Assembly (NCBI GenBank): GCA_016839705.1
Contig: JAEOTR010000046.1
Location: 41,770-105,769 of the forward strand
DNA from: Promethearchaeota archaeon
GTDB lineage: Archaea; Asgardarchaeota; Lokiarchaeia; Sigyniarchaeales; SOKP01
Length of the DNA stretch: 64,000 nucleotides
Direction: 5' to 3'
Both the position numbers and the translations under genes were made by a program. Positions 20,797 through 30,804 of the stretch are shown one piece after another; positions within the stretch are counted from its first letter, which is position 1, and every line of letters begins with the position of its first letter. The notes beneath the pieces are model-generated. The model was not told the origin of the DNA and ran no database searches. It saw only the letters and a program-made list of their open reading frames with translations.

Positions 20797-23700
20797 TTGA
20801 TGGAAAATAGATACAAAATTCGAGTTTTATATATCTTAATTATAGTATGCTCAATTCCAATTATTTCTTGGGTGAATTGTAACAATCAAAATAATGATTT
20901 TGATAATGATAAGAATAAATATATCCATGATTTAGATTCACAAATTAAACTTTCAAATAATCCTCCAAATAATAATTACTTTAAATATTATAAAGAAATA
21001 ACTATAAATCATTTAAAAGTCTCTGATGACCTTACTAATTTTTCCCTGTTAGTTTCCATATTTGATGAAGATTTACATGATGATGTTCAATATGACGGGG
21101 ACGATATTGCATTTGCAATAGATAATGAGTGGTTAGACCATGAAATAGAATTATTTCATCAAAGTTATAGCTCCACTCACGCGCAATTAGTCGCCTGGGT
21201 ACGAATACCTTCACTTTCAAGTACTATTGATACTAAAATTTATATGTATTATGGAAACTCGACAATGGGGTCGCAACAAAATCCTAGTGGGGTTTGGAGT
21301 TCAAATTATAAAGGAGTATGGCACTTAAATACAACTTTATTAGATTCAACTTCAAATGATAATGATGGTACAAACTATGAGGCAGATGATGGTTCAGCAT
21401 ATATAGCTAATGGTAGGGATTATGATGGGAGTAATGATTATTCAAATATGGGGTCAGATAGCAGTATAGATAACATATTTAATGGGGGTGCGACTATTTC
21501 GGCTTGGATAAAACCAGAGGGATGGGGTGGTGGTCAATATGGTCGAGTTTTAGCCAAATCATCTGTTACAGCTGGTACAGATGGATGGGTTATGTGTGTT
21601 GACGGAGAAGCAGATTCGGTTGATCATCATTTACTTTTTTATCGAGGTTTCGATAAGAATCCTTATAGAGGTCTTTGGTATACTCCTGCTGATTCTATAA
21701 GTCTTAATCAGTGGCAATATGTAGTTGTAACTTATGACGATGGCTCAGATACTAATGTTCCTTCTATCTATATAAATGCCGGAGCGTCTCGCTCCCTTAC
21801 ACCAGAGCCCTCACCTAGCGGAGACGCTGTTGATGATTCTTCTCAAGAATTATATATTGGTAATTATGGAGGAGTACTTAAGGATCGGGCTTTTGATGGT
21901 ATAATTGACGAAGTTCGTATATCGTCGGGGATTAAGTCATCCGATTGGATTCAAACAGAATATAACAATCAATATGATCCTAATTCATTTTATACGGTTA
22001 GTTCCTCATTCGAAATTGATAAAGTTCCCCCGGATATTACGATAAACTTACCAACGAATAATACTTTATTTGGAAGTATAGCACCAAATTTCATCGTTGA
22101 AATAGACGATAATAATAGTATAAGTTCAAGGTGGTATCGTTTACTTAATGGGACAGCAACCACGATTAATACAACTTTTACGTCAAATGGAAGTATTAAC
22201 CAAACACGATGGAATGAGATGGGAAATGGAACAATAACTATTCAATTTTTTGCTAACGATTCTTCAGGAAATATAGGTTTTTCGGAAGTTGTCGTTCGAA
22301 AGGATATAATTTTTCCGTCAGTTGTAATTATTGCTCCAAATAATTTCGATCTTTTTGGATCTACAGCTCCTGACTATAATGTAGAAATTTGGGACCATAA
22401 CGGTGTAGATTATAGGTGGTATACGTTAAATAATGGTCTAGAGACATATTTCAATGATAATGGTACAATATCGCAATCCGCTTGGAGTTTATGTGGTAAC
22501 GGTACGGTTTCAATTAAATTTTATGCGAATGACTCGTTGGGTAATGAAGGTTTTTCAGAAGTGATCGTTCGAAAAGAGATTGAATCCCCAACAATTACAA
22601 TTAAATCTCCCCATGATTTGGATCTTTTTGGAAGTACTGCTCCCGCCTTTAACGTAGAAATTTGGGACAGTAATGGTGTGGATACTATGTGGTATACTTT
22701 AAACAATGGTATAGATATTCCCTTTACTGAAAACGGGACAATATCACCATCAGCTTGGAGTTTATGTGGTAATGGTACTGTTTCAATTAAATTTTATGCG
22801 AATAACACATTGGGTAATACAGATTTTTCAGAAGTAATTGTTAGGAAAGATATGATAGATCCTGTAATTACAATTAACACACCCGATCCTGATGACTTAT
22901 TTGGAAGTACTGCTCCTTCATTTACTGTTATAATCACTGACCCAAACGGAATTGATACTAGGTGGTATACCATTGATGGGGGAATTACAAATACTACTTT
23001 TACATCAAACGGGATAATAAATCAAAGTTTATGGGAATCTCGAGTAAATGGTACTGTAACAATTGGTTTTTATGCAAATGATTCCTTAGGCAATGTTGGC
23101 TATGAAGAAGTTATTGTTCGAAAAGATATTGAACCCCCTTCTATACAAATTAATTCCCCAAATCCTTACGAATTATTTGGAGTAAGTGCTCCTAGTTTTA
23201 ACGTCGAAATAATTGATAGTAGTGGAATAAATACAAGGTGGTATACGATTGATGGGGGTGTAACAAACATAACATTCACTTCAAATGATACTATAAATCA
23301 AGGGTTATGGAGTTTTGAAGAAAACGGAACGGTTACAATCAAATTTTATGCAACAGACTCATTAGGAAATGAAGGATCTTCAAATGTTACCGTTCGAAAA
23401 GATATGGATCCTCCTTTGATACAAATTAATTCTCCACATGATGACGAACTATTTAATGAAATTGCTCCTAACTTTAATGTAGAAATTGGGGACAGTAATG
23501 GTGTGGATACTATGTGGTATACATTAAATAACGGTATAGATATTCCCTTCACTGGAAATGGTACAATATCACAATCAGATTGGTTTATATGTGATTATGG
23601 TAGTATTTCAATTAAATTCTATGCGAATGACTCCTTGGGTAATGAAGATTTTTCAGAAGTGATCGTTCAAAAAGAGCTTAGTCCCCCTTCCATAATAATT

Positions 23701-25485
23701 AATAATCCTATCTCAGATCAACTATTTGGGGTAATTGCGCCCATTTATAATGTTGAAATAACTGATTTTAATGGTATAGATACAATGTGGTACTCTCTTG
23801 ATGGCGGGTTAACAAATATAATTTTTACTACTAATAGCTCAATAAATCAAACAATTTGGGATACTTTTGGAGATGGGAATATTACCATAAGATTTTATGC
23901 AAATAATAGTATAGGAATAATCGGATTTTCAGAAGTGTCAATAGTAAAAGATATTTATGCTCCAATGATTACGATTAATAGCCCAAATAATAATTCATAT
24001 TGTAATAAAGCACCTATCATTAATATAGATGCGTATGATATTAATTTCGACAAATTATGGTGTAAAATTGGGAGTAGTAATATTTCACTTATAAATAACG
24101 CAGATTTTGAATTAAACAGCTCCATTTGGGATAGTTTACCTGAAGGATCTTTTCAAATCTTTATTTATGCGAATGATACGATTGGTCATTTAAATGATAC
24201 TATCGTATTGATGCTCTGTAAAGATACGATTAGCCCAAATGCTCCAATACTCTTAAATTTTCCAACAGGAGAAGTTAGCTTGCCGATTATTTTTGATTGG
24301 GAGGATGGGACTGATGCATCGGGGATTGACCATTATCGATTAATTATAGACAATGAAGAAGATCCTTTTGCAAGTCCCGGTTTTATTTTTGAGATAAATA
24401 TTACCAATATTGGCTCGGAAAGTAGTTATTATGAATTATTTGAATATCTAATTCCTAGTAACTATTACTTTTTTATATATCAAATTGATGAGGCTGGAAA
24501 TCAAGGAAGTGCTGCCTATGATACTTTTACTATAAAAAGCACATCTGCACCAGTAACACAATTTCCATGGTGGATAATTTTAGTAATAGCAGTTCCTTTA
24601 GGATTAGCATTAGTTATAGTTGGTCTGAAAAAATCAAAAAAGAAAGAAATACAGGTAGTGATAATAGACAAGGAATTAGATAAACTTAAGGAAAATAGAG
24701 TTATTTTAGACGCAGAAGCTAAATCTGCTGAAAAATCATATAATTACCTAAAAGCTGCAGATAATTATGAAGATTGTGCCAAAATATCGTATCAGTTATA
24801 CAATGAAGGAGACAAAATTGAGGAATATAAATATAAAGAGTATAAGCGTTTAGAAATGGAAGCAAGATCCAACGCTGAATCCATTCCTTTAAGAAATGAT
24901 TGCATTAACAATTTATTAACTAGATTTTTTGATGAGAATGGGATAAAGTATTATTCAAATCCTCAAATCTATCCTGAAAATCAAGGCATGATAAATGGGT
25001 TAATCCTAAATGATAACAATTTTTTACAAAATAGATTCACCAATCTTGATGATAGCCCAGACCTGGCTGAGGAACTACATACCGATCCTGCCAACTTAGA
25101 AAATGTTAATGCCATACAACTCTTATATGTTATAGATTTATCCGTTGACGCGATAATTGATTATTGCCAAAAGTTTCAGAATCCAAACATGATTCTTTAT
25201 ATTGTAGGTATTGAATGGCCTGCCTATAATTATGAGGAGAAAATTAATCTTCCTAAAGATAAAACCATAAAATACCCAGAAAATATCAAAATATTTGATT
25301 TAAACTTATTTTTCAGAATATTTCTTATAGATGATCAATATAAAGCGAAACTCAATAATATCATTGATTTAAAATCTGATATAAAGGCTTTAGAGGAATT
25401 ATTTGAAACCTCTAAAATTCATTTACATAACTCCCAAGAATTGAAAGATGAATTAAAGCAAAAAGGATGGTTTTTCTTGATTTAA
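20797..25485 (+). CDS. Large single-pass surface protein: DUF2341, LamG, 8 Ig-like repeats, FN3-like domain, TM helix, ~285-aa cytoplasmic tail
   Basis: N-terminal hydrophobic signal; DGDDIAF...AWVRIP...IYMYYGN; LamG FDGIIDEVRIS; ~90-aa repeats; TM WWIILVIAVPLGLALVIVGL followed by KKSKKK. Confidence 0.8.
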   Translation: MMENRYKIRVLYILIIVCSIPIISWVNCNNQNNDFDNDKNKYIHDLDSQIKLSNNPPNNNYFKYYKEITINHLKVSDDLTNFSLLVSIFDEDLHDDVQYDGDDIAFAIDNEWLDHEIELFHQSYSSTHAQLVAWVRIPSLSSTIDTKIYMYYGNSTMGSQQNPSGVWSSNYKGVWHLNTTLLDSTSNDNDGTNYEADDGSAYIANGRDYDGSNDYSNMGSDSSIDNIFNGGATISAWIKPEGWGGGQYGRVLAKSSVTAGTDGWVMCVDGEADSVDHHLLFYRGFDKNPYRGLWYTPADSISLNQWQYVVVTYDDGSDTNVPSIYINAGASRSLTPEPSPSGDAVDDSSQELYIGNYGGVLKDRAFDGIIDEVRISSGIKSSDWIQTEYNNQYDPNSFYTVSSSFEIDKVPPDITINLPTNNTLFGSIAPNFIVEIDDNNSISSRWYRLLNGTATTINTTFTSNGSINQTRWNEMGNGTITIQFFANDSSGNIGFSEVVVRKDIIFPSVVIIAPNNFDLFGSTAPDYNVEIWDHNGVDYRWYTLNNGLETYFNDNGTISQSAWSLCGNGTVSIKFYANDSLGNEGFSEVIVRKEIESPTITIKSPHDLDLFGSTAPAFNVEIWDSNGVDTMWYTLNNGIDIPFTENGTISPSAWSLCGNGTVSIKFYANNTLGNTDFSEVIVRKDMIDPVITINTPDPDDLFGSTAPSFTVIITDPNGIDTRWYTIDGGITNTTFTSNGIINQSLWESRVNGTVTIGFYANDSLGNVGYEEVIVRKDIEPPSIQINSPNPYELFGVSAPSFNVEIIDSSGINTRWYTIDGGVTNITFTSNDTINQGLWSFEENGTVTIKFYATDSLGNEGSSNVTVRKDMDPPLIQINSPHDDELFNEIAPNFNVEIGDSNGVDTMWYTLNNGIDIPFTGNGTISQSDWFICDYGSISIKFYANDSLGNEDFSEVIVQKELSPPSIIINNPISDQLFGVIAPIYNVEITDFNGIDTMWYSLDGGLTNIIFTTNSSINQTIWDTFGDGNITIRFYANNSIGIIGFSEVSIVKDIYAPMITINSPNNNSYCNKAPIINIDAYDINFDKLWCKIGSSNISLINNADFELNSSIWDSLPEGSFQIFIYANDTIGHLNDTIVLMLCKDTISPNAPILLNFPTGEVSLPIIFDWEDGTDASGIDHYRLIIDNEEDPFASPGFIFEINITNIGSESSYYELFEYLIPSNYYFFIYQIDEAGNQGSAAYDTFTIKSTSAPVTQFPWWIILVIAVPLGLALVIVGLKKSKKKEIQVVIIDKELDKLKENRVILDAEAKSAEKSYNYLKAADNYEDCAKISYQLYNEGDKIEEYKYKEYKRLEMEARSNAESIPLRNDCINNLLTRFFDENGIKYYSNPQIYPENQGMINGLILNDNNFLQNRFTNLDDSPDLAEELHTDPANLENVNAIQLLYVIDLSVDAIIDYCQKFQNPNMILYIVGIEWPAYNYEEKINLPKDKTIKYPENIKIFDLNLFFRIFLIDDQYKAKLNNIIDLKSDIKALEELFETSKIHLHNSQELKDELKQKGWFFLI
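22021..24225 (+). repeat. Eight tandem ~90-aa Ig-like intragenic repeats
   Basis: Consensus PxIxINSP...LFG..AP.FNVEI.D.NG...WY...NGTI...FYAND.LGN...EV.VRKD. Repeats 3 and 6 are still near-identical in DNA (about 22650-22740 vs 23475-23570). Confidence 0.85.
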
Positions 25486-25512
25486 TCTTTTCTTTTGATA
25501 TACTAAAATATA

Positions 25513-27069
25513 TTAAATAAGATTTTTAATAGCTGTTAACATTGCTTTTAATTGATTATGGATTTCTGTTTGGTATTCTTTTCCAATCTTGAAGAAAATA
25601 ATGGAACCCATTTTTCTCTCTAATTCCTCATCTATCTGAAATTCGTGTATTAAACTTGACCAGTCATTTTTTTCTGATACAAGGATTCCTATCACCAAGA
25701 CTTTACCTTTTTCTAAAAATTCTAATATTTTACTAACAATATATGTCCATTTAGGATTAATTGAATCTCTATCTCGTGCATCAAAGATACAAAAAACTCC
25801 GTCAGAATCACTTACTTCCTTTAAGAAGTAGATGCAATTTTTTAATATTAAGCCATTTGAATATTGATAATATTTTTCATCCTCTTCATCCTTAAAATTC
25901 AACAGTTGCTTATTATCATTTGCTTCAATCATTATTTGTAAAGCAGGATTCCAATGAGGGTTTTCAGTTAGGAATGTTAAAATTAAATTGTCTTTAAATT
26001 GCATAATATCTCCAATTTCATTCAACAATTCTTGATTTCTTTGTAGTTGGGCTAATTCTTTACATTTGGTAATGAAATTATATGAAATTAATCTAAATGC
26101 ATCCTCAACGTTCTCTCCTGTTAATGCACTAGTTTCAAGGTACAAAATATTTCTATTTGTGGATCCAGTTAAATTTTGCGACATAATAACAGCATCTTGA
26201 TTGTTAATAACACGTTTTTCAACTAAATCCTTTTTATTACCAATAATCATGACGGGCAAATCTTTAATGTTAATAAATTCATTTAACTCATTATACCAAT
26301 TTTTAATATTTTCAAATGATTTTTTACTTGTTAGATCAAAAACAATAAATCCTGCCTGAGCACCGTTATAATAAGTTTTACGATATCTCCTAAAATATTC
26401 TTGTGCGCCTATATCCCAGAGAGCTACATTAATTATATTCCCAAAAGATTCAAACTCATGTGATATAATATTAAGACCAATTGTGGCTCGATAATCTGCG
26501 AGAAATCTATTTTCAGAAAATCTACGAATGATAGAGGTCTTTCCAACATTATGATCTCCAGTAATTATAAATTTAAATTTGTAAATCCCACTAGAATCGA
26601 CGTCTAACTGATAGAGTTGGTTTTTCATTCTTTTTGCTTGTTTCGCTTCATACTTAAAATTTGGAACAGATAATTGCAGATGGTCTCCTTCTTTCACATT
26701 AATAATTTGAGCCGTCTTTTCTGCAAGAAAATAACCATAAGGAGAATATTGCTCAATTGATGCCATAGTATTTAAGACAATGCTAAGCATTATTTTTTCA
26801 TCAACAGTTATGAAAATCAATCTATTGTTTTCTGTTTCAAATGAACATGAGCCGAATTTTTTGAAATCAAATTCAAAGCGTATTCGATCCAATATGGGAT
26901 TGACAATGGTAGTTAATACTGAAACTATCTCCATATCAATATCTTCTCTTTTTTCTCCAGCAATAATCAACCCCTCTTCATCAGATACGATTATAGCTTC
27001 AGTTTCTTTATTTACTTCTAAAAAATTATTAAATAGTTCCTTGAAAAGCGCATTTTTACTTAATGACAA
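25513..27069 (-). CDS. Roadblock domain, Rab-like GTPase and degenerate second GTPase-like domain fusion
   Basis: EAIIVSDEEGLIIA (roadblock); GDHNVGKT, WDIGAQ, NKKD, TSAL; C-terminal DSDGVFCIFD...VLVIG without a P-loop. Confidence 0.8.
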   Translation of the reverse strand: MSLSKNALFKELFNNFLEVNKETEAIIVSDEEGLIIAGEKREDIDMEIVSVLTTIVNPILDRIRFEFDFKKFGSCSFETENNRLIFITVDEKIMLSIVLNTMASIEQYSPYGYFLAEKTAQIINVKEGDHLQLSVPNFKYEAKQAKRMKNQLYQLDVDSSGIYKFKFIITGDHNVGKTSIIRRFSENRFLADYRATIGLNIISHEFESFGNIINVALWDIGAQEYFRRYRKTYYNGAQAGFIVFDLTSKKSFENIKNWYNELNEFINIKDLPVMIIGNKKDLVEKRVINNQDAVIMSQNLTGSTNRNILYLETSALTGENVEDAFRLISYNFITKCKELAQLQRNQELLNEIGDIMQFKDNLILTFLTENPHWNPALQIMIEANDNKQLLNFKDEEDEKYYQYSNGLILKNCIYFLKEVSDSDGVFCIFDARDRDSINPKWTYIVSKILEFLEKGKVLVIGILVSEKNDWSSLIHEFQIDEELERKMGSIIFFKIGKEYQTEIHNQLKAMLTAIKNLI

Positions 27070-27243
27070 AGGTGTTGCCTCTTGACTCTTCTAAAATTAA
27101 AACTTCTTAATGTATTATTGTGGCTCAATTTATCCCTTGAATATATAATGAATTAATAATTATTTAAATATAATTGAGTTTAGCTTCTTTAAGTAAAAGC
27201 AAATATTTCTTCAAAAATGAAAAGCATGAATTAGGAATGCTTA

Positions 27244-27420
27244 TTACCTCGAGGATGAGTCAACTTCTTCGAAGTTTTCTAGATGTATTTTACCTGAGAT
27301 TTCAAAACCTATGTAATGATTTAGGGGAACTCTAGTTTTTAGAAAATGGATCCAATCACCTTCAGTTAATATTTCCTCAGTTCCTTGTTTTATTAAGCTA
27401 ATTTTATCTTGGATATCCAT
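27244..27420 (-). pseudogene. Truncated tyrS 5' fragment (58-aa ORF, first 47 codons tyrS-derived)
   Basis: MDIQDKISLIKQGTEEILTEGDWIHFLKTRVPLNHYIGFEISGKIHL then unrelated ENFEEVDSSSR-stop. Confidence 0.88.
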
Positions 27421-27486
27421 GCGAAAATATAATAAAAGAAGGAATAATAATCTTGTTGAAAAATGTTTTAAGGTGGGAACATCTGG
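27279..27486. repeat. Direct repeat copy 2: tyrS 5' end plus upstream region
   Basis: 13 mismatches over the 141 coding nt by manual count; similarity continues about 55-65 bp upstream of the ATG. Confidence 0.9.
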
Positions 27487-27565
27487 AGAATTATTAAATC
27501 CTACTCAAAAATTATTTCCTTGCCTTTCTTCATTTCTAAATGTAGTGCTTTAATATTCATGTCTG

Positions 27566-27627
27566 AATCACTAAAAATAAAAAGTTTATATATATTAATC
27601 ACTAAAAATAAAAAGATTATATATATT
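27566..27627. repeat. 31-bp tandem duplication containing a BRE/TATA-like element
   Basis: AATCACTAAAAATAAAAAG(T/A)TTATATATATT twice, one mismatch. Confidence 0.8.
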
Positions 27628-28017
27628 ATTCACGGATATTCTGTAAAATAATTAAAATTGTAAGACGTAATTTACTTTTATTGTGGAAATAATATTATTA
27701 TCAATAAAAAATTGTACAATTAGAAATTTTAAGTCTAATAGTTCAAAATCCTCTTTTCTCTTCTTTTCATATATTTTTGTGTTTAAGAATAGTTGAAGAT
27801 GCCCCCTTGGATGATTCATATTTAGTAATTTCACACCTATTAGATATTCCTATAAAAAAGTAAAGAAACTAATATTATACTTCGTTTCAGTTATCTCTGT
27901 CATTTGATTTGCTATTTGTTTTTGTATAAATCTGGTATAAATAATATCTCATTATAAAACCAATTTTCGACTTCTTTTATTTTACTTGTTGTTATATCTA
28001 CTGTTTTTTTTTAATGA

Positions 28018-28665
28018 TTAATTTTGAATTGATTCCCTTCCTTTTCCTACACCAAGGTGTAGGGCTTTAATGTTTGAGTCTACATCTCTTAACCATTCCT
28101 TGATAACTTCTTCATAATGCTCAATTTCAATAAAGGGTAATTTCCCGGTCATTATAGCAAAACCTAGCAAAATAAGATTAACCTGTTGGTTAGAATCAAA
28201 ACTACTTAAAGATATTTCTGTGGCATTCATAAAAAACACCTGATCAGAATAAACATTTAAAATTCCCTTTATTTTTTCTAAGGGAGGATATGTTTCCATA
28301 TCAGCGGTAACTAATATATTTGGAATATCACGTTCATTTATTACAAAACTAGTCTTTATTGATGCAAAAATTCCTTGGCGTAAAGCTTCAACCGGTTCCA
28401 TGCATATATAAAGATCAGCGTCTCCATAGCAAATCAAAGATGATTGCAAATTATATCTAGGATTCTCAGTTAATTTTTTCTGATATCGAGTGTGGCTAAT
28501 TATTGCCCCTTCGCGTTGTGCTAGGCCGTGATGTTCTGCTCCAAAGCATGCCTCGACTCCTGCTTTCTGTGCAGCAAATTCAATTAATCTCTTAAGTGTA
28601 ATAACACCTTGGCCTGCAGTTCCCGCTATAACAATATTGATTATATCGGTTTCCTCAAATTTCAC
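28018..28665 (-). CDS. iorB: Indolepyruvate:ferredoxin oxidoreductase beta subunit
   Basis: AGTAGQG, EHHGLAQREGAI, EPVEALR. Confidence 0.9.
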   Translation of the reverse strand: MKFEETDIINIVIAGTAGQGVITLKRLIEFAAQKAGVEACFGAEHHGLAQREGAIISHTRYQKKLTENPRYNLQSSLICYGDADLYICMEPVEALRQGIFASIKTSFVINERDIPNILVTADMETYPPLEKIKGILNVYSDQVFFMNATEISLSSFDSNQQVNLILLGFAIMTGKLPFIEIEHYEEVIKEWLRDVDSNIKALHLGVGKGRESIQN

Positions 28666-30610
28666 GAAAAGGCACCTCCTCTCCGAATAAATTTATAATC
28701 GACTTTCTAATTGCCCCATTTGGGCATATTTCGTAGCATACCCCACATTTTATACATCGATCTTGATCTATTTGCATTTCTTCAATTCCTTCGGTATTAA
28801 CCCTTCTAATTGCTGGACAACTAAGTACTCTTGCACATTCAAAGCACATTGAACAGCCTCCTATATAATAAGAAACATCTTGAACCTTTTCCCCCTTATC
28901 TTGAAGTGCGTTGATTTGAGCCATTCTCCATCTATGAGCTTGCAATGCGCATTCTCTCTTTACGATTATAATCTTTAATCCATTAGTTTTTAGTGCTTCC
29001 TCTATGGTATTAGTTAGCTTTTTAGGGTTATATGAATCTTCAACTTTAAGCCAAGGCACTCCAATAGCTCGACAAATCTTTTCAATTGAAAATCCTCGAT
29101 TTATTAGGTATCGAAGAACGTCGTCTTGATGTCCAGTCATCGCTGTCCATGAGTTTTCAAAAATCATGAGTAATAAATTTGAGTTATACCCTACTGCTTC
29201 AGCCAAGGGAGCCATCCCGGTATGGAAGAAAGTAGAATCACCAATAAATGCTATTACATTTTGATCTGTTTTCGTTGACATCCCAATAGCTGCGCTCAAT
29301 CCCCCAGACATACATATTACTAAATCTGAACATTGCTGGGGAGGAAAGAAAGACATTACATAGCAACCTATATCACCACTGATTACGGTATTTGCTAAAT
29401 TATTTGTAGCCTTTAAAATCGAGTACAATGTTGCTCTTTCTGGGCATCCTGCGCAAAAAGTTGGGAATCGACTTGGGATAATCTCCTTATATGAATTGAA
29501 ATAATCAACGGCTTTAGTGATCTGCTCACGTGGCTTTTTATCAAATATTTGTGCTAAAGATGTAGCCACTAAGCCGGTTGAAAATTCATTATATTTAGGA
29601 AAGAACTTTTGTCCCAGAATTTCAGCATCAATTCCCTGAATATGGGCAATTTCAGCAATTTTTACCTCCAAGAATGGCTCCAATTCTTCAATTACGATTA
29701 CTTTATCTAACACTTGGATAAAATCAGAAATTTGCTGAAAATTCAAAGGATAAATCATTCCAAGCTTTAAAACTGGAACATCATTTAATTCTAATTGATT
29801 AAGAGCTTCTATGGTATATCCAAATGGCATACCACTTGTAATAACGCCAATTTTATTTTCACCAGGGATAATTTTATTAAATCCTAATTTTGGTAAAGCT
29901 TCTCTAAGTCTTTCTATGCGTTCATATAATCTTATGTGATTATTAATTGCATGGGGGGGTAATGAATTGAATTTAGGAATGTTTCTGATAAATTCGCCAC
30001 TTCTTTTACCAGGCATTAAAGTTCCTAGCTCTACAAAACCCCTTGAATGAGCACTTCTTGTTGATGTCCGAATATTCATCACTAAATCATATTGTTCTGA
30101 AAGTTCAAAAGCTAGCTTAACCCAATCTTTGCATTCCTGGGGCGTGTGAGGTTCTATGGTGGGAAGGTGAAGCATCCACGCATAAAAACGTTCATTCTGT
30201 TCTTGATGTGAACCTAAAGAACCTGGATCAGAACCAACTGAAATTACCATACCTCCCGGATTCGGCCCATTTAAGGCAATTACACTCAAAGCATCACTTG
30301 CAACATTCAATCCTACATGTTTCATAGGATTAAAAGTTCTGCAACCTGTCCATGCTGCTCCTGCACATGCTGATGTTGCAACAGCTTCATTGACAGCCCA
30401 ATAATGTACTAAAAAGTCGCTATATTCGGGAAAATCTCTAATTACTTGATGAAAATATTCACCAATGTCACTGGTTGGAGTTCCAGGATATTGAGAAACA
30501 TATGAAACGCCAGCTTCTAAACATCCTCTCACAAGTGCTTCATTTCCAAGCATTAACACTTTTCCTTCAGATTGCGTAAAACGAGTATCTTTATTCATAG
30601 TATAACCCAA
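28655..30610 (-). CDS. iorA: Indolepyruvate:ferredoxin oxidoreductase alpha subunit
   Basis: LGNEA, YPGTP, MKHVGLNVA, FCAGCP, GDIGC, IGDSTFFH, C-terminal ferredoxin. Confidence 0.93.
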   Translation of the reverse strand: MGYTMNKDTRFTQSEGKVLMLGNEALVRGCLEAGVSYVSQYPGTPTSDIGEYFHQVIRDFPEYSDFLVHYWAVNEAVATSACAGAAWTGCRTFNPMKHVGLNVASDALSVIALNGPNPGGMVISVGSDPGSLGSHQEQNERFYAWMLHLPTIEPHTPQECKDWVKLAFELSEQYDLVMNIRTSTRSAHSRGFVELGTLMPGKRSGEFIRNIPKFNSLPPHAINNHIRLYERIERLREALPKLGFNKIIPGENKIGVITSGMPFGYTIEALNQLELNDVPVLKLGMIYPLNFQQISDFIQVLDKVIVIEELEPFLEVKIAEIAHIQGIDAEILGQKFFPKYNEFSTGLVATSLAQIFDKKPREQITKAVDYFNSYKEIIPSRFPTFCAGCPERATLYSILKATNNLANTVISGDIGCYVMSFFPPQQCSDLVICMSGGLSAAIGMSTKTDQNVIAFIGDSTFFHTGMAPLAEAVGYNSNLLLMIFENSWTAMTGHQDDVLRYLINRGFSIEKICRAIGVPWLKVEDSYNPKKLTNTIEEALKTNGLKIIIVKRECALQAHRWRMAQINALQDKGEKVQDVSYYIGGCSMCFECARVLSCPAIRRVNTEGIEEMQIDQDRCIKCGVCYEICPNGAIRKSIINLFGEEVPFREI

Positions 30611-30804
30611 ATTAACATAATTAAGATTAATCTATAATTTTAAAACCAAGTTCTAAGAAAAAGCTTATCATTATTTATATGAGGTTGAATGACACCAATA
30701 AAGTATACCGAATCTTTAGTGTAAAAATTTATTAATATAAGTTTGATCACTTAATGTTAGAATAGATCATATGTAATTTAAACAAAAATCCTTAAGTGAG
30801 ATAA

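Noticed and set aside
22021-24225. Possible CRISPR array or other non-coding repeat array
   Set aside because: The repeats are ~270-bp in-frame protein domains with no repeat-spacer structure, and there are no cas genes.
20597-27278. Provirus or transposon as the island identity
   Set aside because: No integrase, transposase, capsid or replication gene is recognisable between the repeats.
27652-27834. 60-aa ORF near the island boundary
   Set aside because: GTG start, AT-rich low-information sequence and no motif; cannot be supported as a gene.
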